Shown: in pieces, positions 40,377 to 48,294 of the stretch
Layout: the number at the start of each line of letters is the position of its first letter
Position numbering within the stretch: position 1 is the stretch's first letter
From: Smithellaceae bacterium
GTDB lineage: Bacteria > Desulfobacterota > Syntrophia > Syntrophales > Smithellaceae
DNA length: 64,000 bases
Direction of reading: 5' to 3'
Assembly (NCBI GenBank): GCA_035416785.1
Contig: DAOLNX010000001.1
Coordinates: 9,790 to 73,789 of the forward strand
Translations under genes and position numbers: made by a program
Notes under the pieces: generated by a model
The model's input: only the letters and a program-made list of their open reading frames with translations
What the model was told of the DNA's origin: nothing
Database searches by the model: none

Positions 40377-41117
40377 ATGTGTCAAAACCCGGCCAAAAGC
40401 TTGGCGGTAACGGTTATGATCCAGGAAAGGATTCCAAACGTGAATATTCAAACGGGAAATCATTCCCATCAATGTCCGGGACTGCTTTTTGGTACGTTGC
40501 TTCGAATAAGATTTGAAGGGTTCAGCACGATTCTGACCAACCTGATCGGCTTGGAAGAGGGATTGCATCTGATTATCAAAACTCCGCCGATCCCGGAAAT
40601 CGGAACAAAGCTATTTCAGAAAAATAATATTATTATTCAGTATTTGTATTCCGGACAAGTTTTCGGTTTTCGAACAACCTTGCTTGGTTTGGTCAATGAT
40701 CCTTTCCGTTATGCCATCTTGGCGTATCCGACGAAGGTCGAAAAAGTCAACATCCGTAAGCACGAAAGAATTAACTGCATGCTGCCCGCCAAACTTCAGA
40801 TGTCCCGTGAAACTTTTGCCGTTTTAATTGAAGACATCAGCGAAGGAGGCTGTTATTTTGAAGTAACCGCTTCCAAGGATGGAAAATTTCCTCTTATGCG
40901 CATCGGAGAGGAGGCGCAGCTCATTGTGACTTTACCGGGCATGATGGAAAGTATCACCCTCATTATTCTGGTGCGAACCATTAAGTGCGATATTCGCACG
41001 ATGAAAATCGGTGTTCAGTTCAAGCGTCCGGATAAACGAAGTGATGAAGTCCTAAACTTTGAGGCCATTAAAAATTACATTGAACATTTTCAGATGAGGG
41101 ATTGGTCGGAAACATAA
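40377..41117 (+). CDS. PilZ-domain (c-di-GMP-binding, YcgR-like) protein
   Basis: RxxxR motif RKHER and DISEGG in the C-terminal half. The start is uncertain (40377 or 40416). Confidence 0.7.
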   Translation: MCQNPAKSLAVTVMIQERIPNVNIQTGNHSHQCPGLLFGTLLRIRFEGFSTILTNLIGLEEGLHLIIKTPPIPEIGTKLFQKNNIIIQYLYSGQVFGFRTTLLGLVNDPFRYAILAYPTKVEKVNIRKHERINCMLPAKLQMSRETFAVLIEDISEGGCYFEVTASKDGKFPLMRIGEEAQLIVTLPGMMESITLIILVRTIKCDIRTMKIGVQFKRPDKRSDEVLNFEAIKNYIEHFQMRDWSET

Positions 41118-41119
41118 CT

Positions 41120-42604
41120 TCAGCCAATGTCTTTGAAAATATTAACACCGGCCTGATGCTTCATTTCCTTGCGGTAACGCTCTTTCCAGCCTTTATCCGT
41201 CAGGTTGTCTCTGAAAATAAGTTTCAGAAGCGGTTTGACAGCGTATGTCCAGATCGGGATCCAAAGATGTCCCTGACTTTTGGATTGCGCGGAAGGTTCC
41301 CACCAGCCCAGAATTTTCTGACGATGCAGCCAAACCAGGTATTGCAATTGATCGGTGTCGAGATGCTTGGTTTTGACATTGGCCCAGATACCGTTGTACC
41401 ATTTGTAATCCTCGGGATTTGTGACCAGTCCTTGTTCCAGAAGTTCCCTGCGCATTAATGTTTTTGGATAGGGGGTCAGAATCTGGCAATAGGCGCTGTC
41501 GGCATCCAATGATTTCAGAAATCTGTAATTTTCCATAATGTCTTCTTCATTATCGTCCGGAAATCCGAAAATAAGTCCGGCAACCACCATAATGTTGTAT
41601 TTGTGGCATAATTGCACCGCCTGACGTGAGGCGTTGACGATGTCACCTTTGTGTGCCGCTACCAGATTTTTCCTCGATACATTTTCAATGCCCAGAAAGA
41701 TGGATCGAATTCCCGCCAGAGACATTTTGCGGACCATCTCTTCGTTCCTGGACATGGAAACGCAATCTGCCTGAATAATGAATTTCAAGCCCCGGTAATT
41801 GCGAGCAATAATGGCGTCACAAAGGTCGATCACCCGTTCCGGATTCAGCACCAGATTATCATCCGAGACAAAAATCCAGCGTGTCCGACGCTTGAAATAA
41901 ATGTCGTCAATATCTTCCAGCACTCTTTGAATTGGAAAGGTCCGAAACGTCTTACCATACATATGCTTCATACTGCAAAAGGAGCAGGCGCGCGTGCAGC
42001 CGCGAGAGGTTTCCATCACCTCGACTTTAGACAGCATGACATGATAGCCGGACGTTAAACGTCTGTTATCCCGGATGGGAATTTTAAGACGGGCAAGATC
42101 AAGGAGTTTTCCTGCCGGATTATGGATAAATTGATTCCTATGTTTATAGGACAGAGACGGAATATCCTGGACCCGGCCCGCGCCGGAAAGAGACTGAATC
42201 AGACGCCGGAAGCATTCTTCCCCTTCTCCACGGACCATATAATCAATTAGGCCGGATTCTGCGGAGGAGGCAATTTCTTCGTACATCAGCGTTGCATGAT
42301 AACCGCCGATCACAATGGTCGCTTCAGGTAAGAGACGCTTGATCAAACGTATCAGCGCCACGCAGGTTTCATACTGCCAGGCCATAGCGGATAACCCCAC
42401 GACTTGCGGACGGATTTTCAGAAGAATTTTTTGCAGGTACCGGGCGAGCTGTTTGCGTTTCCGGATCAGATCGGCAATAAAAACTTCATGTCCTTCATCA
42501 ATGTTTGCTCCGACACTGGCGATACCGCAATTGGGCATGTGAAACGCGCTTTCACGCATGATGACCGGGGCCACGTCCGGCATGGACAGAAGAAGAATTT
42601 TCAC
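41120..42604 (-). CDS. B12-binding-domain radical SAM protein
   Basis: N-terminal B12-type fold (VGLSAMAWQ...IVIGGYHATL) and radical SAM motif SRGCTRACSFCS. GTG start after GAGAGG. Confidence 0.85.
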   Translation of the reverse strand: MKILLLSMPDVAPVIMRESAFHMPNCGIASVGANIDEGHEVFIADLIRKRKQLARYLQKILLKIRPQVVGLSAMAWQYETCVALIRLIKRLLPEATIVIGGYHATLMYEEIASSAESGLIDYMVRGEGEECFRRLIQSLSGAGRVQDIPSLSYKHRNQFIHNPAGKLLDLARLKIPIRDNRRLTSGYHVMLSKVEVMETSRGCTRACSFCSMKHMYGKTFRTFPIQRVLEDIDDIYFKRRTRWIFVSDDNLVLNPERVIDLCDAIIARNYRGLKFIIQADCVSMSRNEEMVRKMSLAGIRSIFLGIENVSRKNLVAAHKGDIVNASRQAVQLCHKYNIMVVAGLIFGFPDDNEEDIMENYRFLKSLDADSAYCQILTPYPKTLMRRELLEQGLVTNPEDYKWYNGIWANVKTKHLDTDQLQYLVWLHRQKILGWWEPSAQSKSQGHLWIPIWTYAVKPLLKLIFRDNLTDKGWKERYRKEMKHQAGVNIFKDIG

Positions 42605-42624
42605 GAATGCTGCCTCTCGAATGA

Positions 42625-42846
42625 TTATATTTTCCCTGCAGCCACCAGCCTGGAAAAATGCTCAAATGACCGGTCATATGTTTTTTCCGCCTCTTTCGGA
42701 AAAAAGCATCCGGGAATCTGCCTTTTGGAAAGATGATAAGTGATGCAATCACAGCAGACCCCCTTTCGCGGGCATGGCTCATAGGTGCAATTGCATTTTT
42801 TCAGATGGTTTTCCTTTTTGCATTCCATAATTTTTATCCCAACCAT
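42625..42846 (-). CDS. Small cysteine-rich protein (DUF6485-like from memory)
   Basis: MECKKENHLKKCNCTYEPCPRKGVCCDCITYHLSKRQIPGCFFP has 8 Cys in about 40 aa. It lies 20 nt upstream of the radical SAM gene on the same strand. Alternative start at 42828. Confidence 0.55.
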   Translation of the reverse strand: MVGIKIMECKKENHLKKCNCTYEPCPRKGVCCDCITYHLSKRQIPGCFFPKEAEKTYDRSFEHFSRLVAAGKI

Positions 42847-42999
42847 AGTTTGTGTGCGGGGTTTTTTTTAGAGTGATTCAGTTTAACTGATTCTTCGGAA
42901 GATAGCAAAGATAATTTCTTGCAAATTAGACGGGATGGGATAATGAACAATCGGCCATATCCGATGAAAAAGGAGATGGGTACAGCCTGACCAGACTCT

Positions 43000-44268
43000 G
43001 TGGCTGAAAGAAGGAAAAGGATGACCAGAAAAAAAAAATCTGCAAGCAGAAAGCGCTCCGTGTCGGATGTTCCTCTTCTGGGATTACTATCCGTCCTGTA
43101 TTTTGCGCAAGGTTTGCCTTCAGGACTTCTGGGGAAAGCCCTGCCCTCCCTTTTACGCGAACAGGGGATATCCTTGTCCGCTATCGGTTTTACTGCGATG
43201 CTAGCCCTTCCGTGGACATTGAAATTTCTTTGGGCGCCTTTTCTGGACCGATTCTGGACGAGGCGTGGCTGGCTTTTAACACTCAATCTGACAACCTGCC
43301 TCATCATGCTATTGATCGCTGCCCGCGATTTCAGTCTGTGGGTAACACAATGTTTTTCTGTCCTGCTGGTTCTACTTTTCGGAATGAATCTGGTAGCCGC
43401 TACTCAAGACATTGCCACAGATGCCCTGGCGGTCAGCAGGCTTTCTCCTTCCCATCGAGGTTTGGGAAACAGTGTTCAAGTAATCGGTTATAAAGTCGGG
43501 ATGATGATCGGGGGCGGGCTTTTGCTGTGGCTGGTTTCCCGCTTCGGGTGGCCATGTTCCTATGGTGCGCTTGCTCTTTTGATCATCCCGGTTCTCATTT
43601 GTGTCTGGTTCATGAAAGATGAATCATCTTTGGATGAATGTACGGCCAATCGTCCAGTGTGGTGTGGCTTTCGGGGGTATCGGCATTTATTTGCCGATTT
43701 TCTGCACCGTCCACGGATGGGATGGTGGCTGATGACCGTGGCTTTTTTCAAAGCGGGCGATTCGCTGGCGTCGCGAATGATCGGGCCGTTTTTGACCGAT
43801 CAGGGAATGCCCCTCGCGGACATTGGACTTTTAACGGGGATCGTCGGTGCTTTTGCCGGATTGGCCGGCGCTCTCCTGGGTGGTTTGTATCTGACGCGCT
43901 GGTCGCGACGCAGTGCACTCATTTTATTTGGTGGTTTACAGGCGGCGGGTTTTGCCGGCTATCTGCTGATTTCCAACGGTTCATGGAGTGGTAATAATCT
44001 TTTGTATGCCGTTATTTGCGTGGAACAGTTTGCCGATGGACTTTCAACGGTAGCGCTGTTTACGGCGATGATGGATGTTTGCCGTCCACAATCGCCAGGT
44101 TCTGATTACACCCTACAGGCGGCATGTCAGGTGACGGTTTCCGGCCTGGCTGCGCTGGTGAGTGGCATTTTTGCACAGGCCTTCGGATATGCCGCTCTTT
44201 TTGCCACTGGAAGTTTTGTAACGCTTTGTGCTCTTGTGCCGGTTTTGATGTTTTATCGGAACAGGTAA
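43000..44268 (+). CDS. MFS transporter (AmpG/PAT-like)
   Basis: About 12 hydrophobic segments with AmpG-like N-terminal motifs (YFAQGLPSGL, PWTLKFLWAPFLDR). Start at GTG 43000 or ATG 43021. Confidence 0.8.
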   Translation: MAERRKRMTRKKKSASRKRSVSDVPLLGLLSVLYFAQGLPSGLLGKALPSLLREQGISLSAIGFTAMLALPWTLKFLWAPFLDRFWTRRGWLLTLNLTTCLIMLLIAARDFSLWVTQCFSVLLVLLFGMNLVAATQDIATDALAVSRLSPSHRGLGNSVQVIGYKVGMMIGGGLLLWLVSRFGWPCSYGALALLIIPVLICVWFMKDESSLDECTANRPVWCGFRGYRHLFADFLHRPRMGWWLMTVAFFKAGDSLASRMIGPFLTDQGMPLADIGLLTGIVGAFAGLAGALLGGLYLTRWSRRSALILFGGLQAAGFAGYLLISNGSWSGNNLLYAVICVEQFADGLSTVALFTAMMDVCRPQSPGSDYTLQAACQVTVSGLAALVSGIFAQAFGYAALFATGSFVTLCALVPVLMFYRNR

Positions 44269-44285
44269 ATTCATTTGCTGATATT

Positions 44286-44541
44286 TCAAGAGCTTAACGG
44301 TTTCCGGATTTTCATTCCGATGAGCAATACGTTATGCAACATGGGCATAACGGCGACCGCGGTCTCACACATTAAGATCCATGAGCGTCATGTGGTAGTG
44401 ATTAGGGAGCATTACGGCAATGGTCATCAATCCCAAAGGTGGCATAACCGTTTTGAATCCGGCGGCTTTGAGAGCACTTTCATGGCTCCAGAAAGTTTGA
44501 GGAGTCTTGGGGTGTATTATTAATGCTTTGATTTTATTCAT
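44286..44541 (-). pseudogene. 5' remnant of a B12-binding radical SAM gene (frameshifted and truncated)
   Basis: MNKIKALIIHPKTPQTFWSHESALKAAGFKTVMPPLGLMTIAVMLPNHYHMTLMDLNV* is a textbook N-terminus for this family. Weak homology (VLLIGMKIRK) continues in another frame, then stops. No radical SAM core follows. Confidence 0.6.
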
Positions 44542-44738
44542 ATTGTCATCATTGAGTCATTTTGTGAATTTACTATAACTAAAGGCATAACATATGCCAA
44601 TATATAAGCATATAAATTAGCATATATAAATGCTATAATAATAGCCTTATTGTGGCAAATAAAACGTTATAATAATATAGACGAGATGATGGCATTTAAT
44701 ATATGTAAAAATTAACAAAAAAAATTCAGGAGGGGACA

Positions 44739-44969
44739 ATGACTGTTATTCGGAAAGAGCAAAAAGAACGATTAAAAAATGTTTTGCTAAGGGTAAGCAT
44801 ACCCGCGCAATTGATGAGCGAATTAAAAAAAACGCAAAAGCTTTGCCGGGAGAATAAATTATATTTTGATGTTAAGCCGGATATTATTGCTGCCGTGGAA
44901 AAAGCAATTGAAGAGGCGTTGGTTATTGTCAGTGAAGAAAAGAAAAGACAGTCTGAAAAAAATGCATGA
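44739..44969 (+). CDS. Hypothetical small protein (possible ribbon-helix-helix)
   Basis: 76 aa. A strong ribosome-binding site AGGAGGGGA lies 4 nt upstream. VLLRVSIPAQLMSELKK resembles an RHH beta-strand/helix. No further support. Confidence 0.4.
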   Translation: MTVIRKEQKERLKNVLLRVSIPAQLMSELKKTQKLCRENKLYFDVKPDIIAAVEKAIEEALVIVSEEKKRQSEKNA

Positions 44970-45149
44970 AGGATGATCTGTGAAGAAAATGCTATGACTC
45001 AAACGGTTTTTTTAAGCATATTTTTTTTGCCGGTCATCCTTCATGAGGATATTTTCGTACAGGAAAAGAGCCATGATGATTTCACGCCTGGCCTGATTGG
45101 AAAGCGAAGCGATACCTCATCATGGCTTGGGTTCAATTTTTTTTGATGG

Positions 45150-45464
45150 TTAATTGGCGATAGCGGTTCCTACGGCCTTTCCGTCCTTGAAAAGGATGAC
45201 ATACATCATATCCATGGTGTTTGAAGACTTGTAGTAGCGCTCTTCCAGGCTGTTGCTCAGTTTTACAATTTTCACCGGTTTCACAAAATCACTTTCGATA
45301 TCGGCTACTGATTTTCCGGACAGAGACATTGCCGGCATTAATCGCACGCTTTCATTGGTTGGCAACGTTCCTTCCGATGCAAATGCTGAAAAGCTACCCA
45401 GAGTCAGAGCCATCACGGATGCAAGGATCACAACTGCTTTTTTCTTCTTTGATAAATTTTTCAT
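45150..45464 (-). CDS. Small secreted protein of unknown function (copy 1)
   Basis: 104 aa. Signal peptide MKNLSKKKKAVVILASVMALTLGSFSAFA/SE, GGAGGA ribosome-binding site and a sigma-54 promoter upstream. Identical to 55911-56225. Confidence 0.65.
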   Translation of the reverse strand: MKNLSKKKKAVVILASVMALTLGSFSAFASEGTLPTNESVRLMPAMSLSGKSVADIESDFVKPVKIVKLSNSLEERYYKSSNTMDMMYVILFKDGKAVGTAIAN

Positions 45465-45526
45465 TTTATTTCCTCCGATTTTTTTATTTTCTTTTTTTTC
45501 ATTTTTTTCTCTTTGTCATTATCATC

Positions 45527-45542
45527 AGCAAGGGTTGTGCCA
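45527..45542 (-). promoter_or_regulatory. Sigma-54 (-24/-12) promoter, copy 1
   Basis: The minus strand reads TGGCAC-AACCC-TTGCT, about 60 nt upstream of the start codon at 45464. Confidence 0.6.
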
Positions 45543-45807
45543 TAGAAGAATAGATAAAATATAATGTTTATTATCTAATATTTACGAAGATAACGCCTGC
45601 AAAGCCGCTTATGGATGTGCAGAATAGCGGAGAAAAGGTGTTTCATTATGGTAAAATATTATCATTATGATATAAGAAAGGCAGAAGGTTTGGTATTTCT
45701 AAAGAATATGTTGCTACGAAGCTGTGCCAAATTGATTTCCTGATCAGCTTTCTTTTCCATGCCGGTACCGAAGGTCTTAAGCAGTAAATAAGTGGTAAAA
45801 ATCGGAT

Positions 45808-45850
45808 CAGAAAAGACAAAAGGTTTAAGCGATAATCGCCTAAACCTTTG
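45808..45850 (-). terminator. Terminator hairpin downstream of tRNA-Arg(CCT)
   Basis: The minus strand reads AAAGGTTTAGGCG-ATTAT-CGCTTAAACCTTT followed by TGTCTTTTCTG. Confidence 0.5.
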
Positions 45851-45857
45851 TTTTTAT

Positions 45858-45934
45858 TGGTGCCCCTGGCGTGAGTCGAACACGCGGCACACGGATTAGG
45901 AATCCGTTGCTCTATCCTACTGAGCTACAGGGGC
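45858..45934 (-). tRNA. tRNA-Arg (anticodon CCT)
   Basis: A 77-nt cloverleaf folded by hand: acceptor GCCCCTG/CAGGGGC, D arm GCTC/GAGC, anticodon stem ACGGA/TCCGT with loop TTCCTAA, T arm GCGTG-TTCGACT-CACGC. The CCA end is encoded. Confidence 0.93.
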
Positions 45935-46781
45935 GTCCGTTTCTTTATTCCCATTGTAACGTGACGCGGTTTAACATTCTTTCATCTGACTGTCAACAAA
46001 GGGACTCGTGTTTTTGTCATGATTGACAATGTAAAAAAAATTTTTGATGTCATCATGCCAAGTTCCATCATAATTGAAATGCTCGTCTTCCCGCTTTACA
46101 AATATGCGAGTGCGATAACCGGAAGCCCAGACACAGAACGCGGAAATATCGATAAAATCGTTCAAGTGTTAGATGTCGCTTCCGCTTGAGTTTTGGCGGA
46201 TCTTGCCGGTATCATTCAGATGGGCTAATTGCGTCTGCGATAGCGCCTGCCCGTCCGCGTACCTCCTCCTTCTACATTAATTGCCGCAATAGCGCTTGGT
46301 GTCAAAATAGTCAGTTTTGGACCCATTGTCCCGGTTGACTCACCTCAAATTAGTCTTGGTATCCAGGACGGTTCCGCTTGGATGAGCCACAAAGGTTCCT
46401 CCCTCAGGATTTTGCCGACCGCGGGAGCTGACGGCTGCTGTTCCATGGTCAGGTTTTGTATTCGTGCTTGTTCGGCTTGTTCTCGCGTCTTCTGATCGGT
46501 GTCTATTTCGGTTTTTTAGGCACAAAAGGCTTTTCGGGCGCCAGCAAAGCATTGCTTGCCTTTCGATTGTTTTTCCGCCATTACCGCCGGTAAAAATAAA
46601 AGTTGCCCTGCAACAAAGACGATTCCCAAGGCCATGTTTCTATACATCGGCCCATGGAATGTCGCAATAATTCCAATGCCTCACGATTGCGGGGATGACG
46701 GTCATGAAAAAAGGGCGTCTTATCCCTCCGGTCAGTTCTCAAAAAGTGCCGAACGGAGATAACGGGGCAGTCTGAAAACGA

Positions 46782-47492
46782 TCAGTGCATGATTTCGGGT
46801 AAGCCGGGCCAGTTTTCATTGTTGATTGGTTTGGGATAACCAGAATCAGTTCTGTCTGCTCCGATATCGTAACGAATATATGCGTTACCTGTGAAGAAAT
46901 AGGCTTTTCCGTTGCCCCAGTTCACGGCGGTATCGATTCCGTCCATCCAGGGGATGCCGGGCCAGGTTTTGTTGTTGATCGGTTTGGGATAACCAGGGTC
47001 AGCTCTGTCGGTTCTGATGTCGTAACGGATATACTGGGGCCCCTTAAAGAAGAAAGCTTTTCCGTTTCCCCAGTTTACGACGGCGTCGATTTCGTTCCAG
47101 GGGATGCCGGGCCACGTTTCGTTGTTGATCGGCTGGGGATAACCGGGATCTATTCTGTCGGCGCTGATATCATAGCGGATATACTGGTTAGCCTTGAAGA
47201 AATAGGCTTTTCCGTTGTCCCAGTTTACGGCAGCGTCGATTTCATTCCAAGGGATGCCGGGCCAGGTTTCTTTATTAATCGGTTTGGGATAACCGGGATC
47301 CATTCTGTCGGCCTTGATATCGTAGCGGATATACTGGTTAGCCTTGAAGAAATAGGCTTTTCCGTTATCCCAGAGCACGACGGCGTCAATGGATTTTCCG
47401 TTGCCGAAACTTTCGGCAAAAGCGGGTACTCCCCTTACGATACTGAACAGCATAAGTATCAGGAACAAATGGGTGTAGATCGATCTTTTCAT
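46782..47492 (-). CDS. Secreted four-repeat hemopexin-like (beta-propeller) protein
   Basis: Signal peptide ending AFA/ES, then 4 x 50-aa repeats of the form IDAxVNWxNGKAYFFKxxQYIRYDIxxDRxDPGYPKPINxxTWPGIPW. Confidence 0.85.
   Translation of the reverse strand: MKRSIYTHLFLILMLFSIVRGVPAFAESFGNGKSIDAVVLWDNGKAYFFKANQYIRYDIKADRMDPGYPKPINKETWPGIPWNEIDAAVNWDNGKAYFFKANQYIRYDISADRIDPGYPQPINNETWPGIPWNEIDAVVNWGNGKAFFFKGPQYIRYDIRTDRADPGYPKPINNKTWPGIPWMDGIDTAVNWGNGKAYFFTGNAYIRYDIGADRTDSGYPKPINNENWPGLPEIMH
46788..47387 (-). repeat. Intragenic 150-bp tandem repeat x4 (hemopexin blades)
   Basis: The period of 150 nt is visible at DNA level. For example, GATATACTGGTTAGCCTTGAAGAAATAGGCTTTTCCGTT occurs twice, 150 nt apart. 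Confidence 0.8.
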
Positions 47493-47574
47493 AGCAGGCC
47501 CTCCTGGTTAGTTTATGCATCTTCGATGCAGATGCGAGGAATGATAATCAATCATCATATGTAAATACGAAGCC

Positions 47575-48294
47575 TTAACCTCCAAGGTACGCTTCTCGGA
47601 CTCGGGGATTTCCCGTCAGCTCTTTGCCTGTTCCGGAAAGCACGATGTGCCCGTTTTCCAAAACGTATCCCCGCGAGGCGATATGCAAGGACATGTTGGC
47701 GTTTTGTTCAACCAGCAGGAGGGTTTTTCCAGCAGCGTTGATGTCCTGGATGATCTTGAAAATATCCCGTACCAAAACGGGCGAGAGGCCCATGGAAGGT
47801 TCATCCAGCAGGAGCATCTGTGCATCCGTCATGAGTGCGCGCCCCACAGCCAGCATTTGCTGCTCGCCGCCGGAAAGCATGCCGCCTTGCTGTCTGCTTC
47901 TTTCTTTGAGGCGGGGAAACAGGTCATAGACGTGCAGGAGATCATCTCGGATCTTTGCCTTATCTTTACGTTGCCATGTAGCCAGTAGCAGATTTTCCCT
48001 GACGGTGAGGTTGCCAAAAATCCCTCGACCTTCCGGGACATGAGCGATACCTGCGGCGACAATTTGATCGGTGGTTCGGTTCTTCAAATTTTGTCCTGTA
48101 TACGTGATGGTTCCGGAAAAAGGAATCAGGCCGGAGATGGCTCTCAGAATGGATGATTTGCCCGCGCCGTTGGCACCGATGAGAGTAACGATTTCTCCAT
48201 GTGCGACGTCGAACGAGAGATGGTCCACGGCCTTAATGTTGTCGTAAGAGACCTGAAGATCGATGACGGACAGCAGACATTTGGAGAGAATCAT
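47575..48294 (-). CDS. livF: Branched-chain amino acid ABC transporter ATP-binding protein
   Basis: Walker A GANGAGKSS, signature LSGGEQQML and Walker B LLLDEPS. Confidence 0.9.
   Translation of the reverse strand: MILSKCLLSVIDLQVSYDNIKAVDHLSFDVAHGEIVTLIGANGAGKSSILRAISGLIPFSGTITYTGQNLKNRTTDQIVAAGIAHVPEGRGIFGNLTVRENLLLATWQRKDKAKIRDDLLHVYDLFPRLKERSRQQGGMLSGGEQQMLAVGRALMTDAQMLLLDEPSMGLSPVLVRDIFKIIQDINAAGKTLLLVEQNANMSLHIASRGYVLENGHIVLSGTGKELTGNPRVREAYLGG

Larger units (their letters stand above)
45052..45688. repeat. 637-bp direct repeat, copy 1
   Basis: Base-for-base identical, by my comparison, to 55813-56449 (offset 10761). Confidence 0.95.

Noticed and set aside
44275-44523. 82-aa plus-strand ORF
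   Set aside because: It is antisense to the much more convincing B12-radical-SAM N-terminal remnant on the minus strand.
44270-45934. Genomic island integrated at tRNA-Arg(CCT)
   Set aside because: The AT-rich DNA, the pseudogene and the duplicated cassette next to the tRNA 3' end are suggestive. However, I found no integrase gene and no direct repeat of the tRNA 3' end.
45971-46165. 64-aa minus-strand ORF (TTG start)
   Set aside because: It has no ribosome-binding site, no recognisable motif and a non-ATG start. This is not enough to call a gene.
46428-46452. SRP (4.5S) RNA-like motif GGAA...AGCAGCC on the minus strand
   Set aside because: The tetraloop-closing base pairs and the long flanking hairpin required for 4.5S RNA cannot be formed from the surrounding sequence.
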